From: Chryseobacterium gleum
GTDB taxonomy: Bacteria; Bacteroidota; Bacteroidia; Flavobacteriales_C; GCA-002722245
Reading direction: 5' to 3'
Length of the DNA stretch: 55,142 bases
Assembly: GCA_945871895.1 (NCBI GenBank)
Contig: CAMBXP010000004.1
Coordinates: forward strand, 1 to 55,142
Shown here: piece after piece, positions 33,505-43,466 of the stretch
How the letters are laid out: each line of letters begins with the position of its first letter
Position numbering within the stretch: position 1 is the first letter of the stretch
Translations under genes and position numbers: made by a program
Notes under the pieces: model-generated
Told to the model about the DNA's origin: nothing
Databases searched by the model: none
What the model saw: the letters and a program-made list of their open reading frames with translations, nothing else

Positions 33505-35679
33505 ATGGCTATTATCCAAAAATTAAGAAGTAAGTCGGGCTTAATGCTTGTCGTTATAGGTGGAAGTTTATTGCTTTTCGTGCTAATGGACGCCTTTTCA
33601 AACAAAGCTGGCGGAGGTTTAGGAAGCTCAGATCCGAACGAATTGGGCGAAGTAAACGGAACTATCGTTGAAACAAAAGATTACAATGAATATGTGCAAA
33701 GTGCCGAAATGAGACAAAGAAGACAGTCTCAAGGTATGCCTATTGATGATTACACCAAACAACAAATTAACGAAGCAGCTTGGAATCAATTGGTTACATT
33801 AACATTGGTAGAGGAAGAATGTGATAAAATTGGTATCTCATCTAGCGACGACGAAGTAGCAGATATTTTCTTAAATCCAGGTTATGGCTTCACGCAAACA
33901 GTTGCCGAAATGTTGAAAGTAAATCCAGAAAGCGTTGAACAACTAAGAGAAGCGATTAAAAACAGTAGTGATGCTAAGGTATTGAACGAAGTAACGAAAT
34001 TCGAGAAACAAATTCGTACCCAGCTGAACGCAATGAAATACCAAAACTTGTTGAAAGCTGCATTTGTTGCCACTAAGTCGGAAGCGAAATACCAATACAC
34101 TTTGGCAAATGAAAACGTGGAGTTTGAAATTGCCAGCCTTTCTTTCTCTAACGGAATAGTGAACGATTCAACCATTAAAGTAAGCGATGAAGAATTACAA
34201 GCGGCTTACGACAAAAACAAAAACGACTATAAACAAAAAGAAGGTAGAGATATTAAATTGTTGCTATTCCCTCAAGAGGCTTCGGCTAAAGATGAAGCAG
34301 CACTCTTCTCAACAATGGAAGAAATTAAAACTCGTTTCATCGCTTTCAAAGGAAACGACGCTACTTTTGTAAATAGCGAATCTGACCCTAATGCACCCTT
34401 CGACGCAGCTTACCACAAAAAAAGCGATGGTTTGCCAACCGCCATTGATTCTAATTTTGCTTCTTTAAACGAAGGTCAAGTTTTTGGCCCCTACCAAGAG
34501 TTCGGCGTTAACGGTAAAAAAGTATTGCGTGTAAGCAAAGTGTTAAAAGTTAAACAATTGGCCGACTCAGTGAGAGTGAAACACGTGTTGATCTCATTGA
34601 GAGGTTTACCTGATGTTCCTGGTTCAGATAAATTCCCTATCACTTCTGAAGAAAGATTATTCTCTGTTGCCGATTCATTGTACAAAAAAGTACAAAAAAA
34701 TCCGGCCTTGTTTGACGAGATGATTGTAAAACATTCTGATGATATTATGACCAAAGCAACTGGTGGTGATATTGGCTGGGTGAACCAAACCAATAAGTAT
34801 AGCTATATGTTCGACTCTTGTATGTTAAACACTGGCTCTGTAATGAAAATTATGGGTAGAGATGGTATTCACTTGGTGAAAGTATTGCAACAAGGTGGCT
34901 TAACTAAAAAAGTGAATGTGGGTACAATCTCTCGTGAACTTAAAATTTCTGATGATTCTAAATTTGCTATTCAAGCAACAGCCAACAAAGCTGCCGATTT
35001 GTTGAAAAACAAAAAAGAAAAAATCGATTCTATGGCCACTAAGAATGGCTACCGCATGATGCAACAAATGGCTATAGGTAAAAACGACATTTATGTGCAA
35101 GGTTTGCAAGGTGCGCGTGAGATTGTAAAATGGACTTACAATGCTAACCTAGGTGATGTATCTAATGTATTTGATATCGCTGAAAACTTTGTGGTTGTCT
35201 CTTTAGAAAAAGAATATGAAGAAGGCCTTAAATCTATAGAAGACGAGCAAGTTAAAAGAGAATTAGAAATGAAAGTGCGCAACGAGAAAAAAGGCGCTAT
35301 TCTTCAAAAGAAGCTAAACGATGCTATTGCTAAAGGTGCTAAATCATTGCAAGATATTAAAACCATGTTACCTGAAGTAAACATTGAAAAAAGCACTCCT
35401 GCTCCTCTTTCTGGAGGTACTATCTACTCTTACGAAAACGATGTAATTGGTATGGTGGGCGCTTTGCCTGTTAAAACCATGTCGAAAGCAATCGTTGGTA
35501 GAAATGGTGTGTATGTAGTTTATGTACTTAATAAATCGGGCTTGCTGCCTATTACCGATTTCACGCAAGAAGCAAACGAATTGAACAACAAGAACAAAAC
35601 AATGGTTGATCAGTTTATTGGCGATGCTTTAAAAACCAACGCCGATATTGAAGACTATCGTTTTGAGAAATTAGATTAA
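33505..35679 (+). CDS. PpiD/SurA-like periplasmic chaperone peptidyl-prolyl isomerase (membrane anchored)
   Basis: N-terminus MAIIQKLRSKSGLMLVVIGGSLLLFVL (PpiD-type anchor). Parvulin domain VKHVLISL ... HSDD..TKATGGDIGWV. 724 aa. Confidence 0.85.
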   Translation: MAIIQKLRSKSGLMLVVIGGSLLLFVLMDAFSNKAGGGLGSSDPNELGEVNGTIVETKDYNEYVQSAEMRQRRQSQGMPIDDYTKQQINEAAWNQLVTLTLVEEECDKIGISSSDDEVADIFLNPGYGFTQTVAEMLKVNPESVEQLREAIKNSSDAKVLNEVTKFEKQIRTQLNAMKYQNLLKAAFVATKSEAKYQYTLANENVEFEIASLSFSNGIVNDSTIKVSDEELQAAYDKNKNDYKQKEGRDIKLLLFPQEASAKDEAALFSTMEEIKTRFIAFKGNDATFVNSESDPNAPFDAAYHKKSDGLPTAIDSNFASLNEGQVFGPYQEFGVNGKKVLRVSKVLKVKQLADSVRVKHVLISLRGLPDVPGSDKFPITSEERLFSVADSLYKKVQKNPALFDEMIVKHSDDIMTKATGGDIGWVNQTNKYSYMFDSCMLNTGSVMKIMGRDGIHLVKVLQQGGLTKKVNVGTISRELKISDDSKFAIQATANKAADLLKNKKEKIDSMATKNGYRMMQQMAIGKNDIYVQGLQGAREIVKWTYNANLGDVSNVFDIAENFVVVSLEKEYEEGLKSIEDEQVKRELEMKVRNEKKGAILQKKLNDAIAKGAKSLQDIKTMLPEVNIEKSTPAPLSGGTIYSYENDVIGMVGALPVKTMSKAIVGRNGVYVVYVLNKSGLLPITDFTQEANELNNKNKTMVDQFIGDALKTNADIEDYRFEKLD

Positions 35680-35700
35680 TCACATCAAGATTTAAAATAA

Positions 35701-35733
35701 TAAGGTTGGGCCAACACTCAACCTTATTTTTTT
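35701..35733 (+). terminator. Rho-independent terminator
   Basis: TAAGGTTG-GGCCAACACT-CAACCTTA followed by a T7 run. Confidence 0.75.
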
Positions 35734-35785
35734 GAATTTTCTTACCAAAAAAGCTAGATTATGCGTTAATTGTAGCAGCGTTTAA

Positions 35786-38700
35786 ATGAGCAGCAATCTT
35801 CACAAACATATTACCCTATTTTTGTTCTTGCTACTGATTCATTTTGGCTTCGCACAAAGCAATAGCAATATAAGAACTAAAACCATAGTGGTTAACAACG
35901 ACACTTTGGTAATCGACACCTTTAGCATTGTACCTGGTAGTTTGGTAAGCAACAACAATTCTTTTGTTATAGACAACATCAACGCAAGACTTCTTTTCAG
36001 CAAAGTTAACTACGATACACTTCATTTAAGCTATAGAGTTTTTCCTTTTAAAGTGAATGCCCCTGTAATGCACAAAGACTCTGCAAAGATGAGTATAGCG
36101 CCCATTTTAGTGAAAAATTTAAATAGTAAATCAACTGTAAAAGAAGATATTTTTAATACAGGCGGACTCAACAAAGGGGGTAGTATTTCTAGAGGAATTT
36201 CCTTTGGAAACAATCAAGATTTAGCCGTAAACTCTAACCTAAACCTTCAACTATCGGGTAAAATTTACGAGGATATTGAGGTGCTGGCCGCTATTTCCGA
36301 TAATACCATTCCCATTCAAGCCGATGGAAACACACAACAATTGCAAGAGTTTGATAAGGTGTACATTCAGTTTAAAAAGAACAATACACGCTTGCTCACT
36401 GGTGATTTTCAAATTACAGAAAGCACCGATAAGTTCTTGCGTTTCAACAAAAAAGCGCAAGGCCTAAGCTTTTCCACAGAATACAAAATGGCTAATTTGA
36501 ACAATGGTTTTCAACCCGTGCACCACAGCGACTTAAATGTTGCGCTCTCCAAAGGTAAATTCTCGCGCTACCAAATCAACGGCGTTGAAGGAAACCAAGG
36601 TCCGTACAAGCTGCGCGGCGCCGAAAACGAAAGCTTTATTATTGTGTTATCGGGAACTGAAAAAATTTATGTGGATGGTAAGCTGCTAACACGCGGACAA
36701 AACAACGAGTACATCATAGACTACAACAATGCTGAAATCACCTTTACCTCGCAACAACTCATCACCAAAGACAAAAGAATCATTGTAGAATTTCAATATT
36801 CCGATAGAAACTTTACGCGAACATTACTGCATGCAAAAAATGATTTCACCTTCAAGAAACTATCACTGTCACTCAATCTCTACAGCGAGCAAGATGTTAA
36901 AGAACAACAACTGCAGCAACAATTAAACGACGAACAAATCAAAATTTTACAAGACGTTGGCGACAGTATTCATCTGGCTCTTTCGCCTAACATTGATACC
37001 ATGACCTACTCGGCCAATTATGTACTGTATGAGAAAAAAGATACTACTGTTAATTCCATAACATATACCATGTATCAATACTCTACAGATGCCACTAAAG
37101 CAAAATACAGATTGGCCTTTAGCGATTTCGGACAAGGGAAAGGAAACTACATCTTCGCCAATTCATCGGTAAATGGGAGAACTTACCAATGGGTTGCACC
37201 ATTAAATGGCGTACCGCAGGGGCGATACGAACCTCAATCTTTGCTCATCACCCCTAAACAACGCCAAATGGCCACTTTAGGCGCAAAATACAAGCCTAAT
37301 AAGAACACCATTGTTGAAGGTGAATTTGCCGCCAGCAACAAGAACAACAATATGTATTCAGCTAAAGACAAAGGAGATGATAGTGGCATAGCCCTTCAAC
37401 TTCATTTTGAAAACAAGCAAAACAAAGACAGCAATTCTATAGCCTACAAAACCATAGCCGATTATCAATTGGTACACAAAAACTTCTCAGCTATCGAGCG
37501 CTTTAGAAGCACAGAGTTTGAGAGGGATTGGAACATCGCCGGACTATCCTCCATCAACGAAACAGAGCACTATGGAACACTAAAATTTGAAATGAGCAAA
37601 AGCAGTAAAAAATCTATCAATCTCAATTCTTCTGTATTCACTAAAGGCAGTTATTACAAAGGTTTTAAACTAGGTAGCGAACTTAAATACTACAACAAAA
37701 TAGGCACATCTCTATTGGCCGATGCAAGCTTTCTAAAAAGCTACGGCACCGCCATTAACACTCAATTTATTCGATACAAAGGCACCTTGTCGCAAAAAGC
37801 AGGTTTGTTTGTTTTCGGACTCAAAACAGAACAAGACAACAACAGAATTTACGACGCCGTAGCAGACACTATCGTTAACACTAGTTTTGTATTTCAAGAA
37901 AACGGAGTGTTTATTACCACTGCAGAAACATTGAAAAATAGCTTTAACCTAAGTTTCGACAGGCGTACCGACTATGGCGCTAAAAACAATAACATTATCA
38001 AAAGTACCGTGGCCGACAATCTTCAAGTCCGTACAGCATTCGCTCAAAATAAATACGTGCAATTAATGCTATCTTCTACTTATAGAGCTTTGCGCATCAA
38101 TGATTCAACGCTGAGTGCCACCAAAAAGCCAGAGAACACACTATTGAACAGAATAGAATTAAATGTAAATGCCTTGCGATCTTTCATCAACTCTAAAAGT
38201 TATTATGAATTTGGCTCAGGCTTGGAGGTTAAGCGAGAATATTCTTACCTGCAAGTAGCAAGCGGCCAAGGCACTTATGCGTGGATTGATTACAACAGTG
38301 ATGGCGTGCAGCAATTGAATGAATTTGAAATTGCTAAGTTTAGCGATCAGGCCCAGTACATCAAAGTTTACACGCCCACCAAAGAATTCGTAAAAACCTA
38401 TTCTACACAATTCAACGAAGTACTAAACCTGCAATTTGCGCAACTTTTTCAATCTTCCTCAAGAACAGGATTAAAAAAATTTATCTCTAAATTCCACAAT
38501 CAGCTGGCCTACCGAACCCTAATGAAAACGGGCAAAACAACCATACAAGAAGCCTATGTGCCTTATAGCCGAAACATAAGCGATACATCGTTAATTAGCA
38601 CCACAGGTTCATTAAGAAACACTCTGTTCTTCAACAGGGGAAATCCTTTGTACAGCATAGATTTCACCTATAGCGACAACCAAAACAAAAACCTGCTTAC

Positions 38701-39253
38701 ATCGGGTGTGGAATCGAGAGAACTCAATTCCAAATCAATAAACATAAGATGGAATTTCAGTAAAAAATGGTCGGTATTGCTCAGCGCAGAAGAACAAGAA
38801 AAATCTAAATTTTCGCAGTTTTTCTCCAATACCGACTTCAAAATTCACAGTTATATTGTGAGTCCGAAAATAACACTACAACCCAACAATAACCTGCGTA
38901 TTTCAACACTTTACAACTTCAAAGAAAAAGAAAACGACCCTCAATACGGTACAGAAAAAACCAATGTCAATCAGTACGGAGCAGAGATGACTTACAACAT
39001 TAGTTCTAAAGGAAGATTAGATGCTAGCTTCAATTACATAAAAATCAATTACAACAAGAGTTCAGAGAACAGCTCTCCCTTAGAGTTTGAAATGCTTGAA
39101 GGATTGCAACGTGGAGATAATTTCACATGGACCTTGGCCTTACAAAGTCGATTGGCCAACAATATGCAAGTGAGCTTAAACTACAATGGAAGGGCATCAA
39201 ACAAAAACACCCCCGTTCATATCGGAGGTGTTCAAGTTCAAATGCTATTCTAG
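35786..39253 (+). CDS. Large predicted outer-membrane beta-barrel protein, family not recognised
   Basis: Signal peptide (ITLFLFLLLIHFGFAQS). 1155 aa with alternating Asn/Ser/Thr/Tyr-rich amphipathic strands. Terminal ...GGVQVQMLF has the aromatic C-terminal residue typical of OMP barrels. Confidence 0.55.
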   Translation: MSSNLHKHITLFLFLLLIHFGFAQSNSNIRTKTIVVNNDTLVIDTFSIVPGSLVSNNNSFVIDNINARLLFSKVNYDTLHLSYRVFPFKVNAPVMHKDSAKMSIAPILVKNLNSKSTVKEDIFNTGGLNKGGSISRGISFGNNQDLAVNSNLNLQLSGKIYEDIEVLAAISDNTIPIQADGNTQQLQEFDKVYIQFKKNNTRLLTGDFQITESTDKFLRFNKKAQGLSFSTEYKMANLNNGFQPVHHSDLNVALSKGKFSRYQINGVEGNQGPYKLRGAENESFIIVLSGTEKIYVDGKLLTRGQNNEYIIDYNNAEITFTSQQLITKDKRIIVEFQYSDRNFTRTLLHAKNDFTFKKLSLSLNLYSEQDVKEQQLQQQLNDEQIKILQDVGDSIHLALSPNIDTMTYSANYVLYEKKDTTVNSITYTMYQYSTDATKAKYRLAFSDFGQGKGNYIFANSSVNGRTYQWVAPLNGVPQGRYEPQSLLITPKQRQMATLGAKYKPNKNTIVEGEFAASNKNNNMYSAKDKGDDSGIALQLHFENKQNKDSNSIAYKTIADYQLVHKNFSAIERFRSTEFERDWNIAGLSSINETEHYGTLKFEMSKSSKKSINLNSSVFTKGSYYKGFKLGSELKYYNKIGTSLLADASFLKSYGTAINTQFIRYKGTLSQKAGLFVFGLKTEQDNNRIYDAVADTIVNTSFVFQENGVFITTAETLKNSFNLSFDRRTDYGAKNNNIIKSTVADNLQVRTAFAQNKYVQLMLSSTYRALRINDSTLSATKKPENTLLNRIELNVNALRSFINSKSYYEFGSGLEVKREYSYLQVASGQGTYAWIDYNSDGVQQLNEFEIAKFSDQAQYIKVYTPTKEFVKTYSTQFNEVLNLQFAQLFQSSSRTGLKKFISKFHNQLAYRTLMKTGKTTIQEAYVPYSRNISDTSLISTTGSLRNTLFFNRGNPLYSIDFTYSDNQNKNLLTSGVESRELNSKSINIRWNFSKKWSVLLSAEEQEKSKFSQFFSNTDFKIHSYIVSPKITLQPNNNLRISTLYNFKEKENDPQYGTEKTNVNQYGAEMTYNISSKGRLDASFNYIKINYNKSSENSSPLEFEMLEGLQRGDNFTWTLALQSRLANNMQVSLNYNGRASNKNTPVHIGGVQVQMLF

Positions 39254-39257
39254 TTTC

Positions 39258-40190
39258 TTATTTCAACTCTACAGATGCGGTACCTAACAAGTAACCATCC
39301 ATGTAAGCTTCTAAGGTATACTTTCCTGTTACAAAAGTATTGCTGAATGGAGAAGCATACATAAACACGTCTTTATCTGTATTTGAATAATCAATATCAG
39401 CTCTTTCTGTGTAAATTCTGTTCTCACCTTGGAAAGTAAAAGTACTACCCCCATTGGTGAAAACTTGACCGTCTGGAGCAATCGCTCTCAAATAAACTGT
39501 TTTCAATCCCGCTCTAGCAATAGGGTTTTCATTTAAAGTAAAAGTCAAACGTAATTTCTCTACACTTCTTGGATTTCTAGTATTTTTCTCACCACCTCTT
39601 CTTTGGCGAACACCTTCTGCCTGAAAATCTCTACCCAATACTTTAGATCCTAAATTTGCTTTGGCTCTAGTTTGGGCCAACTCGGCAGCAGTTAATTTTG
39701 CTTCGCCTTCTAAACCATTGATTTTACTTGCTTTTTGTTGCACTTCCGATTGCAATTGCTCGTTAGCAGCCAACAATTCGGCATTTTTCTTTTTCAAATC
39801 ACGAATCTCACTTCTCAATCTCCACAATTCAGCCTTAATTTTTCTAAAGTCCTCGATATCACCAATTCCTTCGTTTTTGTAAGTATCTAATTTAGCTTGC
39901 AAAACTTTCAATTCTTCGGCTTTAGCAATTAGCTCCTTATCTTTTTCAGCCTCTCCTGTTTTAGCCTCTTCCAACAACTCTCTTGTTGTTTTCAAATCGG
40001 CATCCAAGCGAGATATCTTTGAGTTCTTGTCTTGATTGTCCTTTTCCTTAATCACTACTTGGTCTTCGCTATTTCTCAACTTCCAGCCAAAAAACACGGA
40101 AGTACCTAGCAATAAAGCTATTGCGGCCACCAATAAACTGGTTAAAAAACCACCTCTTTTTTTCTTCTTTTCTTCTTCGTTTTCTACCAT
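39258..40190 (-). CDS. Membrane-anchored coiled-coil protein with C-terminal beta-rich domain (hypothetical)
   Basis: Basic N-terminus and TM (KKKKRGGFLTSLLVAAIALLLGTSVFFGW). A ~140-aa heptad-rich segment (LKVLQAKLDTYK, LRSEIRDLKKKNAELLAANEQLQSEV). A ~120-aa beta-rich C-terminus. Confidence 0.6.
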   Translation of the reverse strand: MVENEEEKKKKRGGFLTSLLVAAIALLLGTSVFFGWKLRNSEDQVVIKEKDNQDKNSKISRLDADLKTTRELLEEAKTGEAEKDKELIAKAEELKVLQAKLDTYKNEGIGDIEDFRKIKAELWRLRSEIRDLKKKNAELLAANEQLQSEVQQKASKINGLEGEAKLTAAELAQTRAKANLGSKVLGRDFQAEGVRQRRGGEKNTRNPRSVEKLRLTFTLNENPIARAGLKTVYLRAIAPDGQVFTNGGSTFTFQGENRIYTERADIDYSNTDKDVFMYASPFSNTFVTGKYTLEAYMDGYLLGTASVELK

Positions 40191-40272
40191 AAAGCAAGTC
40201 GTTAAAATCCACCTTTGACAAATATAATTATTTATTACTATTCTTGCACAGATTTTTCTAACTAACTAAACG

Positions 40273-40968
40273 ATGCTTCATTTTAAAGACTTTTTCAACC
40301 TTGTTTTTGGACGCAATTGCGTGCACTGCAAAACTACCTTATTGCGCGAAGAGCCTACACTTTGTATTGGCTGTAAGAGCGAACTCTCTAGCATAGATCC
40401 ACAATCAGATGAAGCGCTTAAAATAGAGCAACTTTTTTACGGAAAGGCCAAAATAGAAAAAGTGCTAAGTTCTTACCACTTTATTCAGGGAGGTGCCTGT
40501 CAATCGCTCATACATCATTTAAAATACCATAACGTTCCCAAAATAGGAATAGAAGAGGGTTTTAAGCTGGGTGAAGAACTAAAAAAGATAGAGAATTTTA
40601 AAGACATTGATGCTATTATTGCGGTACCCATGACGGGTAAAAAAAGGAGAAAAAGAGGTTACAATCAAAGTGAATACATCGCCAAAGGCTTGGTGAAAAG
40701 CTTAAATAAGCCACAATACACCAACATCCTTAAAAGAAAAATTCAGAGAAAGAGCCAGACCCACCTCAACAAATTCACCCGTTGGCAAAACATGAACGAA
40801 AGTTTTGAATTAAAAAGCGCACTACCCAGCGACATCAAACATATTTTATTGGTCGACGATGTAATTACCACTGGTGCTACACTAGAAAGCTGCGCCAACG
40901 CCATTCATCAAGAACATCAGGTAAAAATATCCATTGCCTCCATTGCCTTTGCCCCACTTCAGGCTTAA
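40273..40968 (+). CDS. comF: ComF-family phosphoribosyltransferase-like protein
   Basis: N-terminal Cys4 motif (CVHCKT...CIGCKSEL) and PRPP-binding loop ILLVDDVITTGATLESC. Confidence 0.85.
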   Translation: MLHFKDFFNLVFGRNCVHCKTTLLREEPTLCIGCKSELSSIDPQSDEALKIEQLFYGKAKIEKVLSSYHFIQGGACQSLIHHLKYHNVPKIGIEEGFKLGEELKKIENFKDIDAIIAVPMTGKKRRKRGYNQSEYIAKGLVKSLNKPQYTNILKRKIQRKSQTHLNKFTRWQNMNESFELKSALPSDIKHILLVDDVITTGATLESCANAIHQEHQVKISIASIAFAPLQA

Positions 40969-40979
40969 ACTATTGGTTG

Positions 40980-41043
40980 GTAGGGGCGTATTGAATACGC
41001 CCACAATCTCGAAAATATCGGGCGTATGTCAATACGCCCCTAC
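40980..41043. repeat. REPIN-like inverted doublet GTAGGGGCGTATTGAATACGCCC / 17-nt spacer / GGGCGTATGTCAATACGCCCCTAC
   Basis: The arms are complementary apart from one indel. Each arm is its own hairpin (GGGCGTAT..ATACGCCC). It has the same GTAGGGGC...GCCCCTAC termini as 20833-20909 and 45598-45658. Confidence 0.8.
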
Positions 41044-41085
41044 GCAATTGTTGGGGAATAGCATTTAATGCACTAAGTTTGTGCA

Positions 41086-42669
41086 GTGAAAAAATTGCTT
41101 TACATCATTGCCCTTTTGTTTTTAGTGTCTTGCGCGCAAGTAGGCTCACTTACTGGTGGTGAGAGAGATACTACGCCTCCCAAATTGGTAAAAAGCACAC
41201 CAAAAAACGGGGATACGCTCTTTAAAAAAACGCGCATTGAACTTACCTTCAATGAATATATAGAGCTCAATAATTTACCTCAACAATTGATCATTTCTCC
41301 TTTAGTAAAGCCTTTTCCCGATGCAGAATTACATGGAAAAACAGTTGTGCTAACCTTCGATACTTTACTTCGCGAAAACACTACCTACACTTTGTTTTTT
41401 GGCGAAGGGATTAGAGACTACACCGAAAAGAATGTGTGGAATGAGAATTTATTTGTCTTTTCAACAGGCAATGTGCTAGATTCCCTGCAAATTTCGGGGA
41501 CAGTTAAAAACAGTAGCTCACTAAAAGGCGAAGATAACATGATGGTGTTACTTTACAACGAATTACAAGACTCGGCAGTGAGCACAAAAATTCCAACTTA
41601 CTTCACCAAAACTAAAAAAGATGGCTCTTTTAAAATTACCAATATTCACGAAGGAAATTATAGAATTTTTGCTCTGCAAGACATGAATTCCAACTATCTT
41701 TTTGATTTGCCCAACGAAAAAATTGCTTACTCGAAAAATCCTATTGAAATCAATAAAAACGTAGATAGTGTTTTATTGGCCTCATTTTTAGAAAATCACA
41801 AAAAACAAGATTTAAGCACCAAAAAATACATCAATCAACAAGCTTACAGCATAGCCTTTAGCGAGAAAACAAAAAACGCTTCCATCGCTGTGAACAAAGA
41901 AAAACTGCATCACATAGATGGATTTAATGATGGCGATAGCGCAGTGGTTTGGCTCAACACTTTAGGCGACGATGAAACTGTTCAAATAACTATTAAGGAT
42001 GCTGATTTCAGCGATACGCTGTATTTTAAAAGCAAAGAAGCTAAAGCGCAGCAAAACAAAAAACTGAGTGTGACTGCACAAAGAAAAAAAAGAGAAGTAT
42101 TGCCTAACGACTCACTTAAAATAGCTTTTAATTTTCCCTTGAAAGAAATAAATACTCAAGCAATTGAATTGGCAAAAGACAGTGTTAGCGTACCTTTTTC
42201 AGCATCCATTATGAACTATAAGTTGTGTGTTTTCAAAAAGGTGGAAGAAGAAGAAAATCTACAATTGAAATTGTATGCTGGTGCCCTTACAGATATTTAT
42301 GGCAACAGCAACAAAGATACTGTAGTGATTCCTTTTGCTTTCTTGGGTGAAAGTAATATCGGACAATTACTATTAAAACTAGATATTCAAGCGATGAGTG
42401 GTCCTTATGTGATGCAACTAATAGCATCATCTGGCGAAATAGTAAGAGAAGAGTTTTTCAGCAAAAACAACACGACTTTCAGCTATACCAATTTAATGCC
42501 CGATGAATACAAAATAAAGTTGCTGTTGGATGAAAACAACAACAAAATATGGGATAGTGGTAATTACTATCAACACTTGCAACCAGAAAAGATAATTTAT
42601 TACGAAAAGCCACTTACCGTTAGAGCCAATTGGGAAATGGAAATTCAATGGAATGTTATAGGGAAATAA
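41086..42669 (+). CDS. Ig-like (Big_5/SbsA-like) domain lipoprotein
   Basis: GTG start. Lipobox LFLVSCAQ followed by GSLTGGERDTTPPKLVKSTPKNGDT, the typical N-terminus of Bacteroidota Ig-like-domain lipoproteins. Confidence 0.7.
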   Translation: MKKLLYIIALLFLVSCAQVGSLTGGERDTTPPKLVKSTPKNGDTLFKKTRIELTFNEYIELNNLPQQLIISPLVKPFPDAELHGKTVVLTFDTLLRENTTYTLFFGEGIRDYTEKNVWNENLFVFSTGNVLDSLQISGTVKNSSSLKGEDNMMVLLYNELQDSAVSTKIPTYFTKTKKDGSFKITNIHEGNYRIFALQDMNSNYLFDLPNEKIAYSKNPIEINKNVDSVLLASFLENHKKQDLSTKKYINQQAYSIAFSEKTKNASIAVNKEKLHHIDGFNDGDSAVVWLNTLGDDETVQITIKDADFSDTLYFKSKEAKAQQNKKLSVTAQRKKREVLPNDSLKIAFNFPLKEINTQAIELAKDSVSVPFSASIMNYKLCVFKKVEEEENLQLKLYAGALTDIYGNSNKDTVVIPFAFLGESNIGQLLLKLDIQAMSGPYVMQLIASSGEIVREEFFSKNNTTFSYTNLMPDEYKIKLLLDENNNKIWDSGNYYQHLQPEKIIYYEKPLTVRANWEMEIQWNVIGK

Positions 42670-43465
42670 CACGAACTTCCACCTCAAAATTCACTTCTGG
42701 TTTTTGAGGATACTCCACTAATTTTGATTTCACTTCATAAGGATAATATACTGCGCACTGTGTATTGGCCACTTTGTACAAATGCTTTCTTTTTTCTTCT
42801 GGAGTTCCTTCCCAAATACCTCTAAAAACTTCGTAACGAATGATTTCCGGTCCGACCGTATAATCATGCCATACAATGATTGATTTCTCATCTTTCAACA
42901 ACGAAAAAGCAGTTTCTGTATCTTTTAAAACACTTTCGTAATGATGATCACCATCTACGAAAACCAAATCTATTTTACGCTGATAGGCACTAAAATTAAA
43001 AGAATGCGAATGTCCATTCAAATGCTCAACATTAGACAAATCCTTAGAGAAAAACCCATGTAAATCGATGTACTCTTTTTTCAAACCCAAAGCTTTCATC
43101 GCTTCAGCAGAAAGATTCAAAGTATAACATTTAGTAGCCACAGCAGCCACATTAGCCACACTTTCACCACGCCAAGTGCCAATTTCAAAGTAAGTACAAG
43201 GCGTGTTTTTATGTGCTAAAATTTTAAGTAAACCTAAATCGGTAGGCAAAGAACCTCCTTCTAAAAATGCAAAGGGAGAAACAACTATTTTTGTAGATGA
43301 TGTTAAATCGCTTAGCGCAATTTGCGGCAATCCATGGGCTATCTCCGAATATTTATTTTCTACCATTTTACGATGATATTCAGAAGAGTCTAAAATAAGA
43401 TTAATCAAGCTCGGCTGCTTCATTAGCGCCGCTATCCCATTGATTATTTTATTTAATTTACTCAT
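42656..43465 (-). CDS. Class I SAM-dependent methyltransferase (Methyltransf_24-like)
   Basis: YFEIGTWRGES (SAM-binding loop) and DLVFVDGDHHYESVLKD (characteristic VDGDH.YE block). Its 3-prime end overlaps the convergent gene 41086..42669 by 14 nt. Confidence 0.7.
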   Translation of the reverse strand: MSKLNKIINGIAALMKQPSLINLILDSSEYHRKMVENKYSEIAHGLPQIALSDLTSSTKIVVSPFAFLEGGSLPTDLGLLKILAHKNTPCTYFEIGTWRGESVANVAAVATKCYTLNLSAEAMKALGLKKEYIDLHGFFSKDLSNVEHLNGHSHSFNFSAYQRKIDLVFVDGDHHYESVLKDTETAFSLLKDEKSIIVWHDYTVGPEIIRYEVFRGIWEGTPEEKRKHLYKVANTQCAVYYPYEVKSKLVEYPQKPEVNFEVEVRVISL

Positions 43466-43466
43466 T

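Noticed and set aside
35786-39253. Calling the 1155-aa outer-membrane protein SprA, PorU or another named T9SS component.
   Set aside because: Its length and motifs fit neither SprA (~2400 aa) nor PorU (C25-peptidase-like). I recognise no diagnostic motif, so naming it would be guesswork.
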